Origin: Spirochaetota bacterium
Lineage (GTDB): Bacteria > Spirochaetota > UBA4802 > JAFGDQ01
Length of the DNA: 40,116 nucleotides
NCBI GenBank assembly: GCA_034190185.1
Contig: JAXHTB010000001.1
Span: forward strand, 1-40,116
Direction: 5' to 3'
The notes under the pieces are model-generated. The model was not told where the DNA came from and did no database searches. It saw only the letters and a list, made by a program, of their open reading frames with translations. The position numbers and the translations under genes are program-made. Positions 1-9,718 of this stretch are shown here, piece by piece. Numbering within the stretch: the first letter of the stretch is position 1; each line of letters opens with the position of its first letter.

Positions 1-184
1 ATTTAACTAAACGTACTCCATTCAAAGTTTCCAGTACTGCAATCGAATAACCTTTCGATATCTCGCTTAATTGTTTCCCAAACTTTTTAGAACGAGAAAT
101 CGCATACTGGTTAACTACCATAATCGTACCTAATAGTATGGTCGCAGCAATAGTCAACTCCCACGAAGTAGATAATAGTATTCT
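1..184 (-). pseudogene. Fragment of a type-I ABC exporter (MsbA-like) transmembrane domain, running off the left edge
   Basis: Reverse-strand translation of 184..1 reads RILLSTSWELTIAATILLGTIMVVNQYAISRSKKFGKQLSEISKGYSIAVLETLNGVRLVK. This matches the SW-L-T...G-[IV]-R-x-VK stretch of ABC_membrane domains. An in-frame TAG (187..185) lies directly upstream, so the expected N-terminal part is absent. Not in the ORF track because it has no start codon. Confidence 0.5.
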
Positions 185-204
185 CTAATACATGGATTAT
201 TTGT

Positions 205-501
205 TTGTTTGTATTCTTAATTTGTGCTTATTTTGTCGGAGCAATTCAAGGAATCAGCCAAGACCTGGACTTTGTGGGTGTGTACGGCATAATAGTAGCG
301 CTGTTGGGAGGATTGGAATCCTTTCCGGGAGCTATCATCGCAGGATTGGTGATCGGTTTAGTACAGTCCTTTGTGGGAGGATATCTTGCAGGTGTATTGG
401 GAGGTGGTATTGCAGAGACAGCCCCATTTATCATAATGTTTCTTATAAGTTTTTGGAGACCATATGGCTTCTTTGGATTAGAAAGGATAGAGAGAATTTA
501 G
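205..501 (+). pseudogene. livH: 3' remnant (last ~95 codons) of a LivH-type branched-chain amino acid ABC permease
   Basis: The translation ...VALLGGLESFPGAIIAGLVIGLVQSFVGGYL...FLISFWRPYGFFG matches the conserved C-terminus of LivH/BPD_transp_2 permeases (normally ~290 aa). The frame is closed by a TAG at 169..171. The listed start is a TTG, and the gene sits 22 nt upstream of livM as in livHM operons. About 200 N-terminal codons are missing. Confidence 0.6.
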
Positions 502-523
502 CATGTTAGGGGGTAAATAATAA

Positions 524-1582
524 ATGAATAACAGACCTTGTGGAGTTTTTGATGTAAGATACAGTCAGGATAAAGCCGTACTTCGTACCAAGGCGCATTG
601 GGTGCTCTTTATTCTTTTTCTTGTGGCTATTGTTGTTGTGCCTCAATATATGACTGGTCATCTATTAAGTGTTGGTGTAATAATCGGAACAACAATCATA
701 GCAATGTATGGTATACAGATAATGATCGGCTATACATATCAGATCACCCTGGGACATGCAGCCTTTGTTGGTGTTGGTGCATATACTTCTGCAATGCTTA
801 CACATTATTTAGGATGGAATTTCTTCTTTGCTTTGCCAATTGCAGGATTAGCGGCAGCCATTTATGGTTTGATAATAGGGGCTTCTACTGTTAGGTGTAA
901 GGGGCTCTATTTGGTAATACCAACCATCTCAGCTCATTTTATCTTTTTCTATTTAGTAAATGAGGTATTTTCCAGATGGACACTTGGATCAGAGGGGATA
1001 GATTGCGAGGTTCCTACACTTCTTGGATTTGCTTTTGATACTGATCTAAGTTATTTTTACCTTGTAGCCTTTTTTACTCTTATTTTAGGTATATTGGTGA
1101 AAAATATTACTCGAACAAAGGCAGGAAGGGCATTTGTGGCTATTAGGGATAATGATATTGCTGCAGAGGTTATGGGAATTGATATATTCCGTTATAAACT
1201 ACTTGCATTTGCTATTGGGAATTTCCTTGCTGGTATAGGTGGAGCCTTCTGGGCGCATTATGTAGGTTATATAAATACTGAGTTCTTCCCAATATTAGAT
1301 ACTGTTTATTATGCGGCATTTTGTGTTGTTGGAGGAATGGGTTCAGTAATTGCAGCGGTTTTTGGCGCGGCATTCTGGAGGATTTTGGGTGAGATTGTAA
1401 ACATGGTTGCGCCAATTCTGGATGAATTACTAGGTGGGACAGGCGCTAATGTTGTATCTTCAATGGGTTTAATTGTTTTTGCAATAGTAACAATTCTCTT
1501 TTTAATATTTGAACCTAGAGGTATTTCACATAGATGGGAGTTGTTTAAAAAGTCCTATAGACTGCATCCATTTAATTATTGA
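524..1582 (+). CDS. livM: LivM-type branched-chain amino acid ABC transporter permease
   Basis: 352 aa and polytopic. Contains the motif GYTYQITLGHAAFVGVGAYTSAML typical of LivM (G-Q-x-S-L-G-h-a-a-F-x-G-x-G-A-Y). SD-like GGGGGT lies 9 nt upstream of the ATG. Confidence 0.85.
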   Translation: MNNRPCGVFDVRYSQDKAVLRTKAHWVLFILFLVAIVVVPQYMTGHLLSVGVIIGTTIIAMYGIQIMIGYTYQITLGHAAFVGVGAYTSAMLTHYLGWNFFFALPIAGLAAAIYGLIIGASTVRCKGLYLVIPTISAHFIFFYLVNEVFSRWTLGSEGIDCEVPTLLGFAFDTDLSYFYLVAFFTLILGILVKNITRTKAGRAFVAIRDNDIAAEVMGIDIFRYKLLAFAIGNFLAGIGGAFWAHYVGYINTEFFPILDTVYYAAFCVVGGMGSVIAAVFGAAFWRILGEIVNMVAPILDELLGGTGANVVSSMGLIVFAIVTILFLIFEPRGISHRWELFKKSYRLHPFNY

Positions 1583-1682
1583 TGTAGTATATATATTAGA
1601 GGTTTATCCCTGCTTGGTTTTAATTCATATAGTAGAACAAAAATGGAAAACCTCAACTAACAAGAAAGGAGGTAGAGGAATT

Positions 1683-2336
1683 ATGGTTAAAAATCTGTTT
1701 TTAGTTATGTTGTCTTCTGTTTTTCTTTTTAGTTGCGCCACATTAGGTGGAAATAGTTCTGGAGACTCAGAATATAAACCACCACCTCTAGAACTTAGTA
1801 TTGAGTTAAAAAGTGTTGAAGTAAAACTTGGTGCAGAGAAAATTTTAAGCGATAAGATTTTAATGGCCAAGAAACTCGCTAAAAAGCAAACAAAAAGTGG
1901 ATGGCTTAAATTAATGGGAATGGGAAAGGATAAAAAGATAGGGCCTGTTAAAATGCCATCAAATGCACTACTTGGACTTGTTCCAAAGGCAGATATGACT
2001 GTTACTTTTAAAGTGAAAAATCCTAACGATTACGATGTAATTGTTGGAAGTATTGCATTTGGACTTTCTGAGGAAACAATAATATTTTTTCCTGCAAAAT
2101 CAACAGCAGCTGAAACATGGGTAGATATATTTGCAGGTGAGGAATCAGAATTTGAAGTACAGATGAATATTCTTAAAATTCCATCGCTTGCTTCTATTGC
2201 ATGGTCAGCTATTGAGAGTGGAACCGCTATGTGGAAAGCTAGAGGGACCATTGTTGTCCTTGCAGATCAGATTCCAGGAGGTGGAGTGAGACAAAGATTT
2301 GAGACTAAAAAAGTAAAAACAACAATGGCAAAATAA
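1683..2336 (+). CDS. Putative lipoprotein of unknown function (LEA_2/LEA14-like beta-sandwich suspected)
   Basis: The internal ATG at 1683 is preceded by AGGAGG. The N-terminus MVKNLFLVMLSSVFLFSC has a lipobox (LFSC). The stretch TVTFKVKNPNDYDVIVGSIAFGL resembles the NPN-containing strand of LEA_2 domains. The upstream part of the track ORF (1509..) overlaps livM and has no SD. Confidence 0.6.
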   Translation: MVKNLFLVMLSSVFLFSCATLGGNSSGDSEYKPPPLELSIELKSVEVKLGAEKILSDKILMAKKLAKKQTKSGWLKLMGMGKDKKIGPVKMPSNALLGLVPKADMTVTFKVKNPNDYDVIVGSIAFGLSEETIIFFPAKSTAAETWVDIFAGEESEFEVQMNILKIPSLASIAWSAIESGTAMWKARGTIVVLADQIPGGGVRQRFETKKVKTTMAK

Positions 2337-2515
2337 TAATACAATAGATTATTGAATTATTAGTTGTGTTCGAAAAGTAAATAAATGTAAATAAAAAATT
2401 AAATTAAAAATTTAAGTGAGGTAAGAACCCGCGTTTGTAATGACCTGCATACCTTAAACTATTTAACAGTAGTATTCAACAAAAATTGAATGCAAAGAAT
2501 ATGGAGGTAATATTT

Positions 2516-3772
2516 ATGAAGGAAAATAAAAGTAATATACTAATGTTTTCTGTGTTTACCATCCTTTTTTTTACTGTTATGATTGCTATTGCATCTCAGG
2601 CAGACGCTAAAAGACCAATAATAAAGCATTATGGAATAGTTGATTTAACCGGTCCTTACGGTATCTTAGTGCCGGATTTATGGGAAGGGAAGCTAGATTA
2701 TTACAGATTTATTAATGAAGAAGGTGGAATTGAAGGTCATCCAATAAAACTGATTTGGGGGGAGACCGGTAATATGATGGCAAGAACATGGTCTCATTAT
2801 AAAAGGTATAAGAGGGCAAATGTTCAGTTACTTTGGTTAGCCTCCTCCCCTGATGGTGAGGCCTTAAAGAAGATACTAAAAAGGGATAAGGTTTTATGTC
2901 CACTAAATTATGGCCAAAGTGATCCTCAGTTATATCCTCCAGCTTGGATTTATATAGATGGTCCAAGTTACGGTGAAGGTTTTGGAGCCTTCTTACGAAT
3001 GGCAAAAGCGAAATGGGATAAATCAGGGAAAAAAGGCACAATGAAGGTTGGTATCATTGGTCCAGACACAGCTTATGGAAGAGCAGCTATTGAACCTGGA
3101 AAGAGATTTGGGAAGAAGATCGGTGTAGATGTAGTCGGACAGGAGTATGCTCCAGTTGTACCAATAGATTTAACACCACAGATTTTAAGGCTTAAAGATA
3201 AAGGAGTGGACTGGATCTGGTGTCAGGGATTAAGTCAGATCGCTACTGTTTTTTTAAAGAACATGTCTTCTCTTGGGTTAAAGGGAAAAATTCCTGTTGC
3301 TGGGTTCTGGTGGGTAACTGGTGCAGAGATGCTTAGACGTATTGGACCTAAATTTTCAGAAGGTTATATATTCCTTACTTATAACTATCTTCCGCAGGTA
3401 GAGAAAAATCATCCTGGTATTAAGAATTGTATTAAAATGCGGCAAAAATATCACAGGAAAGATCCTGATGAGTATTATGTAAGGGGAGTAAGAGCTACTC
3501 AATTTGTAATAGAATTAACAAAAAGAACCATTAAAAAATATGGATTTAAGGGACTTACTGCATCAAATTATATGAGAACGATGGAGACATTTAAGGATTG
3601 GAAGACTCCATGGGATTTAGGCGCACCATTTACAATCACCCCTAATGATCGTAGGACTGCAAAGAAAATGCTTTTTTATCAGGTCAGAGGTGGTAAGATA
3701 TATAGGTACAGTGATTGGATAAATGCCCCTCATCTCTATCCCGAAAATATGTCTCACCTCTTTAAGAAATAA
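2516..3772 (+). CDS. ABC transporter periplasmic substrate-binding protein (Peripla_BP_6 / LivK-like), paralog 1
   Basis: ATG at 2516 with GGAGGT 8 nt upstream. Has an N-terminal hydrophobic signal/anchor. GIVDLTGPYG...INEEGGIEGHPIKLIWGET fits the type-I PBP fold of Leu/Ile/Val-binding-like proteins. Gapless and highly similar to 4189..5448. Confidence 0.8.
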   Translation: MKENKSNILMFSVFTILFFTVMIAIASQADAKRPIIKHYGIVDLTGPYGILVPDLWEGKLDYYRFINEEGGIEGHPIKLIWGETGNMMARTWSHYKRYKRANVQLLWLASSPDGEALKKILKRDKVLCPLNYGQSDPQLYPPAWIYIDGPSYGEGFGAFLRMAKAKWDKSGKKGTMKVGIIGPDTAYGRAAIEPGKRFGKKIGVDVVGQEYAPVVPIDLTPQILRLKDKGVDWIWCQGLSQIATVFLKNMSSLGLKGKIPVAGFWWVTGAEMLRRIGPKFSEGYIFLTYNYLPQVEKNHPGIKNCIKMRQKYHRKDPDEYYVRGVRATQFVIELTKRTIKKYGFKGLTASNYMRTMETFKDWKTPWDLGAPFTITPNDRRTAKKMLFYQVRGGKIYRYSDWINAPHLYPENMSHLFKK

Positions 3773-3776
3773 AAAA

Positions 3777-3812
3777 GGGGGGAGGTGATTGATATATTGT
3801 TATAACCTCCCC
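3777..3812 (+). terminator. Hairpin downstream of binding-protein paralog 1
   Basis: GGGGGGAGGT (3777..3786) pairs with ACCTCCCC (3805..3812) across an 18-nt loop. There is no clean U-tract, hence the low confidence. Confidence 0.35.
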
Positions 3813-4188
3813 AATTAAATTTCTAATTCATATGTTGTGAATATTATTCATAAGAGTCTTCCTAGTAATTTTAGGGAAGCAAATTATTCTATATAATACA
3901 ATACTGTGAAGTTGAAAATATGTATGTTGATAGTATTACTATTCTGTAAATTTGTTTTCACCTTAAATGAGAATATTAAAAGAAATTTGATTAAGATGTA
4001 TTTCCCTATATGATAGATTTAATATTTATATAAAATTTATAATAATAGTAAGGAGGTTAATTACAAGCTAATAAATATAAATTTAATTTTAAGTGGAAAT
4101 AATTCACATTTGTATATGTCTATGCACCTAAAAAGAAGTCTATATTTAGTATTATTAATCTTATAAAAAATATTGGAGGTAAGAGTTA

Positions 4189-5448
4189 ATGAAAAGAAAT
4201 AATAGTAAAAATTTGCTAATGTTTTCTGTACTTGCTGCCCTTTTTTTTAGTATGATGATTATTTTTGTTACTAATGTAGAGGCAAGAAAACCATTGATTA
4301 AGCATCATGGAATCGTAGATTTAACTGGGCCATATGGTGTACTTGTTCCTGACGTTTGGGAAGGGATGCTGGATTACTATAGGTTAATTAATGAAGAAGG
4401 TGGTATTGATGGACATCCTATAAAGCTTATTTGGGGAGAGACCGGTAATATGATGGCCAGGACATGGTCACATTATAAGAGATATAAACAGTCAGGTGCT
4501 GAGTTGTTGTGGCTTGCATCCTCTCCTGATGGAGAAGCACTAAAGAATAGATTAGTAAGGGATAATATTTTCTGTCCAATAAATTTTGGTCAAAGTGATC
4601 CTCAGCTATATCCACCAGCAATGACTTACCTCGATGGACCAAGCTATGGGGATGGATTTAGTGCATTTCTCAGGATGATTAAACAGAAGTGGGATAAAGC
4701 AGGAAAGAAAGGGATCATCAAGGTTGGGATTATTGGTCCGGATACAGCTTACGGAAGAGCAGCTCTTGAGCCAGGAAAAAGATTTGGGAAGAAGATTGGA
4801 GTTGAAGTAGTAGGCCAGGAGTATCCACCTGTTGTGCCTATAGATATTACACCTCAAATACTTCGTTTAAAAGAGAAGGGAGTTCATTGGATTTGGATGC
4901 AAGGATTGAGTCAGATTTGTACAGTATTTCTAAAAAATATGAATTCTCTTGGTTTACAGGGTAAGATAAAGGTAGCTGGTCTATGGTGGACAACTGGTGC
5001 AGAGATGCTTAGGCGTGTTGGTCCAAAACTAACAGAAGGATATATCTTTGACACATACAACTATTTACCACAAGTAGAAAAAAATCATTTCGGAATTAAG
5101 AAATGCAAGGAAATGCGGCAAAAATATCACAAAAGAGAACCAGATGAATATTATGTAAGGGGTGTTAGAGCTACTCAATTTGTTATGGAGCTTACTAAAA
5201 GGACTATTCAAAAATATGGATTTAAGGGTCTTACAGCAAAGAACTATAAAAGTATGATGGAGACCTTTAAAAATTGGAAAACCCCTTGGGACCTTGGCGC
5301 ACCTTTTGATATTACTAAGAATGATAGAAGAACTGCTAAAGTAATGCTTTTTTATCAGGTTAAGAATGGAAAGATTCGTAGATATAGTGATTGGATTAAG
5401 GTACCCCATATATATCCAGACAATATGGCTAAATTTTTTAAGAAATAG
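4189..5448 (+). CDS. ABC transporter periplasmic substrate-binding protein (Peripla_BP_6 / LivK-like), paralog 2
   Basis: 419 aa, roughly four-fifths identical to paralog 1 over the full length without gaps (by eye). GGAGGT SD. About 110 bp of upstream sequence is also duplicated (compare 2370..2460 with 4065..4140). Confidence 0.8.
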   Translation: MKRNNSKNLLMFSVLAALFFSMMIIFVTNVEARKPLIKHHGIVDLTGPYGVLVPDVWEGMLDYYRLINEEGGIDGHPIKLIWGETGNMMARTWSHYKRYKQSGAELLWLASSPDGEALKNRLVRDNIFCPINFGQSDPQLYPPAMTYLDGPSYGDGFSAFLRMIKQKWDKAGKKGIIKVGIIGPDTAYGRAALEPGKRFGKKIGVEVVGQEYPPVVPIDITPQILRLKEKGVHWIWMQGLSQICTVFLKNMNSLGLQGKIKVAGLWWTTGAEMLRRVGPKLTEGYIFDTYNYLPQVEKNHFGIKKCKEMRQKYHKREPDEYYVRGVRATQFVMELTKRTIQKYGFKGLTAKNYKSMMETFKNWKTPWDLGAPFDITKNDRRTAKVMLFYQVKNGKIRRYSDWIKVPHIYPDNMAKFFKK

Positions 5449-5460
5449 AAGTAATATATC

Positions 5461-5496
5461 TTATAAGGGGACATTTAAACCAATGTCTCCTTATAA
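5461..5496 (+). terminator. Rho-independent-type terminator after paralog 2
   Basis: A 14-bp stem, TTATAAGGGGACAT / ATGTCTCCTTATAA, with one G.U pair and an 8-nt loop, followed by a T-rich tract. Confidence 0.55.
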
Positions 5497-5555
5497 TTAC
5501 ATTTTTACTTTTTAATTCTTCCTTTCTAATTTTAAATTCTTTCAATCCTGCCATA

Positions 5556-5980
5556 GATATTTTTTCCAGACAATTTTGGTTAAAGTGATCTACAGATATG
5601 TCCTCAGGTATTACATATTTGGATATACCTGTATATGCCGATGCATTTACTTCATTTAAAATATATATGGTAATCGAATTAGTGTAAAAGGAATTCCTAA
5701 AGTCAGTATTTTATGGACTGTTGTTGGTTGCACTGGAGCATTGCTTATTGCAGAAGAATATGAGAAAAAGATTGGAGTTTAGATGTAGGTAAAGAGTATA
5801 TAAAAGTAGTTCAGATAGTCATTGCTTCACAAGAGTTAAGGCTGAAGTATAAAGGTGTTAACTGTATTTAGATACAGTGATTAGATCAGATTTCTACAGT
5901 TTTTTAATATATAACAACTTTAAATTATAAGAGAAGATTATAATTACCAGGTTTTTGTAGATTATCAGAGCAGAGACTTT
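5556..5980 (+). pseudogene. Heavily decayed internal fragment of a third copy of the 2516/4189 binding-protein gene
   Basis: The DNA aligns colinearly with ~4574..5012 of paralog 2. Examples: caattttggttaaagtgatctacag vs aaattttggtcaaagtgatcctcag; aagattggagtttagatgtaggtaaagagtat vs aagattggagttgaagtagtaggccaggagtat; attagatcagatttctacag vs attgagtcagatttgtacag. It carries many stops and indels. Confidence 0.7.
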
Positions 5981-6418
5981 TTTTTATGTATTAGTGCTAA
6001 ATTTACAGTAGAATATATATTTACTCTTATTTATTATCGAAATGAAAAATATTGATATATGTAAATTTGTAAGATTTATTTGAAAAAAATCGTTGCAAAA
6101 AAATTTTCTTAATATATAAAAATTATGGAATTCTACTCACAGTTTTATAAAATAATCAAAAAGAAACAGTTTATCATTAATAATTACTGTACAATTAATA
6201 TTATTTGAAATTTGTATATACTGTATCTATGTAGAATATAAACCAATTGTTATAAGGATTATAAAATACATCATCTGAACCTAACCAACGAAATATCGTA
6301 AGACCTTTTTTAAGATAAAAGTTATTTAATTTATATACAAAAATAATATTTATAATTTTAATTAGATTGATTACAATTATACAAATTATAATAAAAATAA
6401 TATATGTTGAAGTTCGGT

Positions 6419-6978
6419 ATGAATGCAATAAGTAACTTATTATTTTGTTTATTTTCTAGGTTTGCATTGTTCTTATTAACAGTTCCATTAGTAAGGCAGA
6501 AGATGTAAGAGGAGTAACAGATAATTCGATTAAGATTGGTCTTAGCATGGATCAAACTGGTCCTGCTGCCTCCACTCTTGTCCCTCTTACTAGTGCAGTT
6601 CGAAATTTAGCAAGAAATGTGAATGAAATTGGCGGTGTTAATGGTAGAAAATTAAAAATAATTGTTGAAGATGATCGTTATTCAATCCCACCAGCTAAAG
6701 CTGCAATCAAAAAACTAGTATACAAAGTAATATATTTGCACTTATTGGTCCCAGTTCTGCAAGTTTAATAAATGTTATATGGAAACATATCCAGAAAAAT
6801 AAATTACCGATCAGGGAATTAATGAAGTTTGGATTAAAAATTTCGGTCTTTCAAACTTATGTTGCTATATTAGTTGAGGAACTAGCTCAAATGGGAAAGG
6901 TAGCAGAGAATGCATATATAGTTCATGCAATTCACCATGGTATGGAAAGGGTGCTGGAGTTGCAGTGATGAGGAATTG
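6419..6978 (+). pseudogene. Deleted and frameshifted copy of the 9719..10924 binding-protein gene
   Basis: Near-identical DNA to 9719..10626. The track ORF 6547..6768 translates to MDQTGPAASTLVPLTSAVRNLARNVNEIGGVNGRKLKIIVEDDRYSIPP, matching residues of the 9719 gene. There is an early stop in the signal-peptide region and 1-nt deletions (e.g. acaaagtaatatatttg vs acaaagataaaatatttg). A 348-bp internal deletion joins 6810|6811 (equivalent to 10113..10460). Confidence 0.9.
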
Positions 6979-7155
6979 GAGTAAATATTATAATTTCTTC
7001 TGATGCAAGGATATCTTTCATATTAACAAAAATAGAATTCTTGCATCATTAGGAATGACACCATCTGATAATTGGATTTTTCCATAGTTTTTGGAGATAC
7101 TCATATCATTTACTGCATATCTTATCATAAAAATATATAATTGGAATACTTTGAT

Positions 7156-8055
7156 ATGAAGAATTTGAAATATTTTGCAAGCTTGCATAATCATACAATT
7201 TATTCTGATGGCAGTTTTCAGATTCGAGAATTGATTAATAAAACTAAAGATGTAAATGAGGAGCTTAGAGTTAAGCGTGGGATAATGATTAAGGGACTTG
7301 CAATCGTTGATCATGATTTTTATCCTAATGAGGTTATTATTGAAGAGGAGAGGGATTATGCTAAGAAGTTCGGTATTGAACTTATATTTGGCACAGAGAT
7401 CAGCGCTGATAGTGCCAGTGTCCATATAATTGGATATGAGTTAAAACCCTCTAATTATTCTATCTATCAGTTTATGTTAAAGGAGCAGTTTAAAAGGCTT
7501 GAAGCTTTTGAGGATACATGCCGACGGCTAAATCGGTTATTCGAACGAGAAGGCATTACTATTGACTTAAATAAAGATGTTGGCCCTAAGGCTCTAAAGA
7601 AGGATAAAAAGGGCAGAATAATTGAACATGCGCCTCTTAGATGGCATTATTTAAGGGAGGCTATGAAGGAGCGCGGCATGGCAAAAGATAGTAAGGAAGC
7701 TAATATCCTTATTGGACCAGGCGGCCCTTGTTATCATCAAAGGGAAACTATTGATAGCATTAGTGCAATTGAGCTTATCATAGGCAGTGGCGGAAAGCCA
7801 GTGTTAGCGCATCCGCATAAGATACCAGAGAGCTATCGATGGAGGATTATACGCTCTTTAATTGAAGCAGGGCTTACTGGGATAGAAGCTTTTCATGAAT
7901 CTTATTATGAATCGGAAGAAAGCAATATATACGTTGACCTCGCAAGGAAAAATGATCTTATGATATTATCAGGAACAGATCTTCACGATAATATTGAAGA
8001 TATAGGAAGATTTCTTGTGACTTATGATAAATATGAAAGCCTTAAATTGTGCTAG
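7156..8055 (+). CDS. PHP-domain metal-dependent phosphoesterase (TrpH/YciV-like)
   Basis: The motif series LHNHTIYSDG, VDHD, GTEIS, HIIGY, AHPH, GIEAFH and GTDLH is characteristic of the PHP fold. I prefer the ATG at 7156 over the TTG at 7141. Confidence 0.8.
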   Translation: MKNLKYFASLHNHTIYSDGSFQIRELINKTKDVNEELRVKRGIMIKGLAIVDHDFYPNEVIIEEERDYAKKFGIELIFGTEISADSASVHIIGYELKPSNYSIYQFMLKEQFKRLEAFEDTCRRLNRLFEREGITIDLNKDVGPKALKKDKKGRIIEHAPLRWHYLREAMKERGMAKDSKEANILIGPGGPCYHQRETIDSISAIELIIGSGGKPVLAHPHKIPESYRWRIIRSLIEAGLTGIEAFHESYYESEESNIYVDLARKNDLMILSGTDLHDNIEDIGRFLVTYDKYESLKLC

Positions 8056-8252
8056 CCAATATTTAATCTGACACTCTCATTTACTTTTGTTGTCTGCAAG
8101 TTATTATCCATAATTCTGGATTCTGTCTCTACTCTACTGGCTAATAATTTTAACAATTTGATTCAGGATACTCCAATTGTAATAATTGAATAAATTAACC
8201 TGATAAAGCTTTATAAGAATTAACCATGCTTCCAAAATCTAAATGATACTCT

Positions 8253-8282
8253 TTTTACCCTGATCTAGATCAGGGTAAAAAA
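8253..8282. terminator. Bidirectional rho-independent terminator between convergent genes
   Basis: Perfect palindrome TTTTTACCCTGATC|TAGATCAGGGTAAAAAA, with A/T runs on both sides. It lies between the PHP stop (8055) and the CBS gene stop (8285). Confidence 0.8.
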
Positions 8283-8284
8283 TT

Positions 8285-8932
8285 CTATCTCGCTCTTTCT
8301 TCTATTTCGTAGCCTTTACTTTTTAATTTTTTTATGATTTGATCAGCATCAGCTATATCTAAATGGATAATACAGTCTTCTTTTTCTTTTCCGGGAGGTA
8401 TAATTGTGAACATAGAATTGATCTTCCCTTCTTGCTCAATGATCATACTTAATACTTCTTGAACGCTCCCAGACTCAGATGGATTAATGATGTGTAAGTG
8501 AACCCCTTTTTCTCCAAATCCTAATAAGGTAGTTGTTACTTTGTATAAATCAGTTGTAGTAGCTATACCTAGCAGTCTTTTCGGATCATTTTTTTCTACT
8601 ACAAGTAAGGTGCCGATTCCTTGTTCATGCGCTTCGGTTATTGCCTTTTCCAAAGGAGTATCAGGATTAACAGTGTAAAGGCTTGTCACCATAACATCTT
8701 TGACCTTCATTTTAGCCAGTAAATAATTGAGTTCCCATACGCCTAAACTTGTAGCTGGAGTGATAGTCGCTTCTCTGATCCTATCTTTTGTTACTATGCC
8801 GACCAATTCCCCTTTATCTACAACTGGTAAACGACGTATTTTATGATCACGCATTATTTTCTCAGCATCATGGATTAATGTACCGCTATTCACAGTAATA
8901 ACATTGGTGTTCATATACTCCTTTATATACAT
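8285..8932 (-). CDS. CBS-pair protein with C-terminal ACT-like domain (AcuB-like architecture)
   Basis: Two CBS repeats are present (MNTNVITV...HKIRRLPVVDKGELVGIVTKDRI and VKDVMVTSLYTV...GIGTLLVVE...LLGIATTTDL). They are followed by a ~70-aa beta-alpha-beta-type tail. AAGGAGG SD. Confidence 0.75.
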   Translation of the reverse strand: MYIKEYMNTNVITVNSGTLIHDAEKIMRDHKIRRLPVVDKGELVGIVTKDRIREATITPATSLGVWELNYLLAKMKVKDVMVTSLYTVNPDTPLEKAITEAHEQGIGTLLVVEKNDPKRLLGIATTTDLYKVTTTLLGFGEKGVHLHIINPSESGSVQEVLSMIIEQEGKINSMFTIIPPGKEKEDCIIHLDIADADQIIKKLKSKGYEIEERAR

Positions 8933-9057
8933 GTTTATAACCTCCTTATAATTTAAATTTTATTTTAGAAACATAATTTATTAGTTTATCTTTTTATCTA
9001 TTGAAATTTTTTGTTAGCCGACCATATTAACTAGAGTAAAGCTTTTTATTATATAGT

Positions 9058-9277
9058 AGGGCGGCGAGTATATTAAAAGTGTGTATAGTAAGGGGAAACT
9101 TCAGAAAATTAACTTAACTCTATCTATTGTAATTATGAGTAATAATTATGACTCATTAACATCTGCTTATCTCTTTGGTATTAAAATCCATCATAAAAAC
9201 TTTAACCACCATTTTAGCATAAACATTGTTTTAATTTATATGTGAGTTTTATGATTATAACTAATACTCGCCGCCCT
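9058..9277. repeat. 220-bp MITE-like element or structured RNA bounded by perfect 14-bp GC-rich terminal inverted repeats
   Basis: AGGGCGGCGAGTAT (9058..9071) is the exact reverse complement of ATACTCGCCGCCCT (9264..9277). The interior is AT-rich and non-coding, with an inner hairpin TTATGAGT...ACTCATTAA. I could not see a target-site duplication. Confidence 0.4.
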
Positions 9278-9718
9278 GTTAACATAACTTAAGTATAATG
9301 TACTTATAGACTAAAAGATTGCAATCAGCTATAGGCTGATTGTTTAATAGGATATATGATTTTTTTATTGTAGGATTGATGGATGTAAATTTGTAGGTTT
9401 TAGGGATGATCAGGTGAATAGTTAAATATTATTGGCATCAGGAATGAAAATTATACTGTCAAAGGATTATATTAATAATTAAAGTATAATGATTATTACT
9501 TGACTTTTTCAAGATCAATAACTAAAAAGTAAAAATCATTGAAATAATAAATAAGAAAGATCATCATCTGGAACTTGCCAACTAACTTTCATAAGTCTAT
9601 CATTATTCTGAGCAAAAAAAGAGAGTTAAGAAATATAATATTGTATATTTAATTTCATAATTTTAAATCGATAGATTATAATTTTTGTAATAAAATTTTT
9701 ATATGTTGGAGTTTTAGT

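Noticed and set aside
192-509. 105-aa ORF in an alternative frame over the livH relic
   Set aside because: It is Cys/Arg-rich and low-complexity, and it overlaps a frame that gives a clean LivH C-terminus. It is most likely spurious.
6201-6555. Two minus-strand ORFs (75 and 65 aa) in the AT-rich gap
   Set aside because: Their I/N/Y/K/F-rich translations are what any open frame in ~20% GC DNA produces. The region aligns to the non-coding leader of the 9719 gene and is part of the decayed duplication.
7018-7425. 135-aa minus-strand ORF overlapping the start of the PHP gene
   Set aside because: It overlaps the well-supported PHP N-terminus (LHNHTIYSDG) on the opposite strand and has no motifs or SD.
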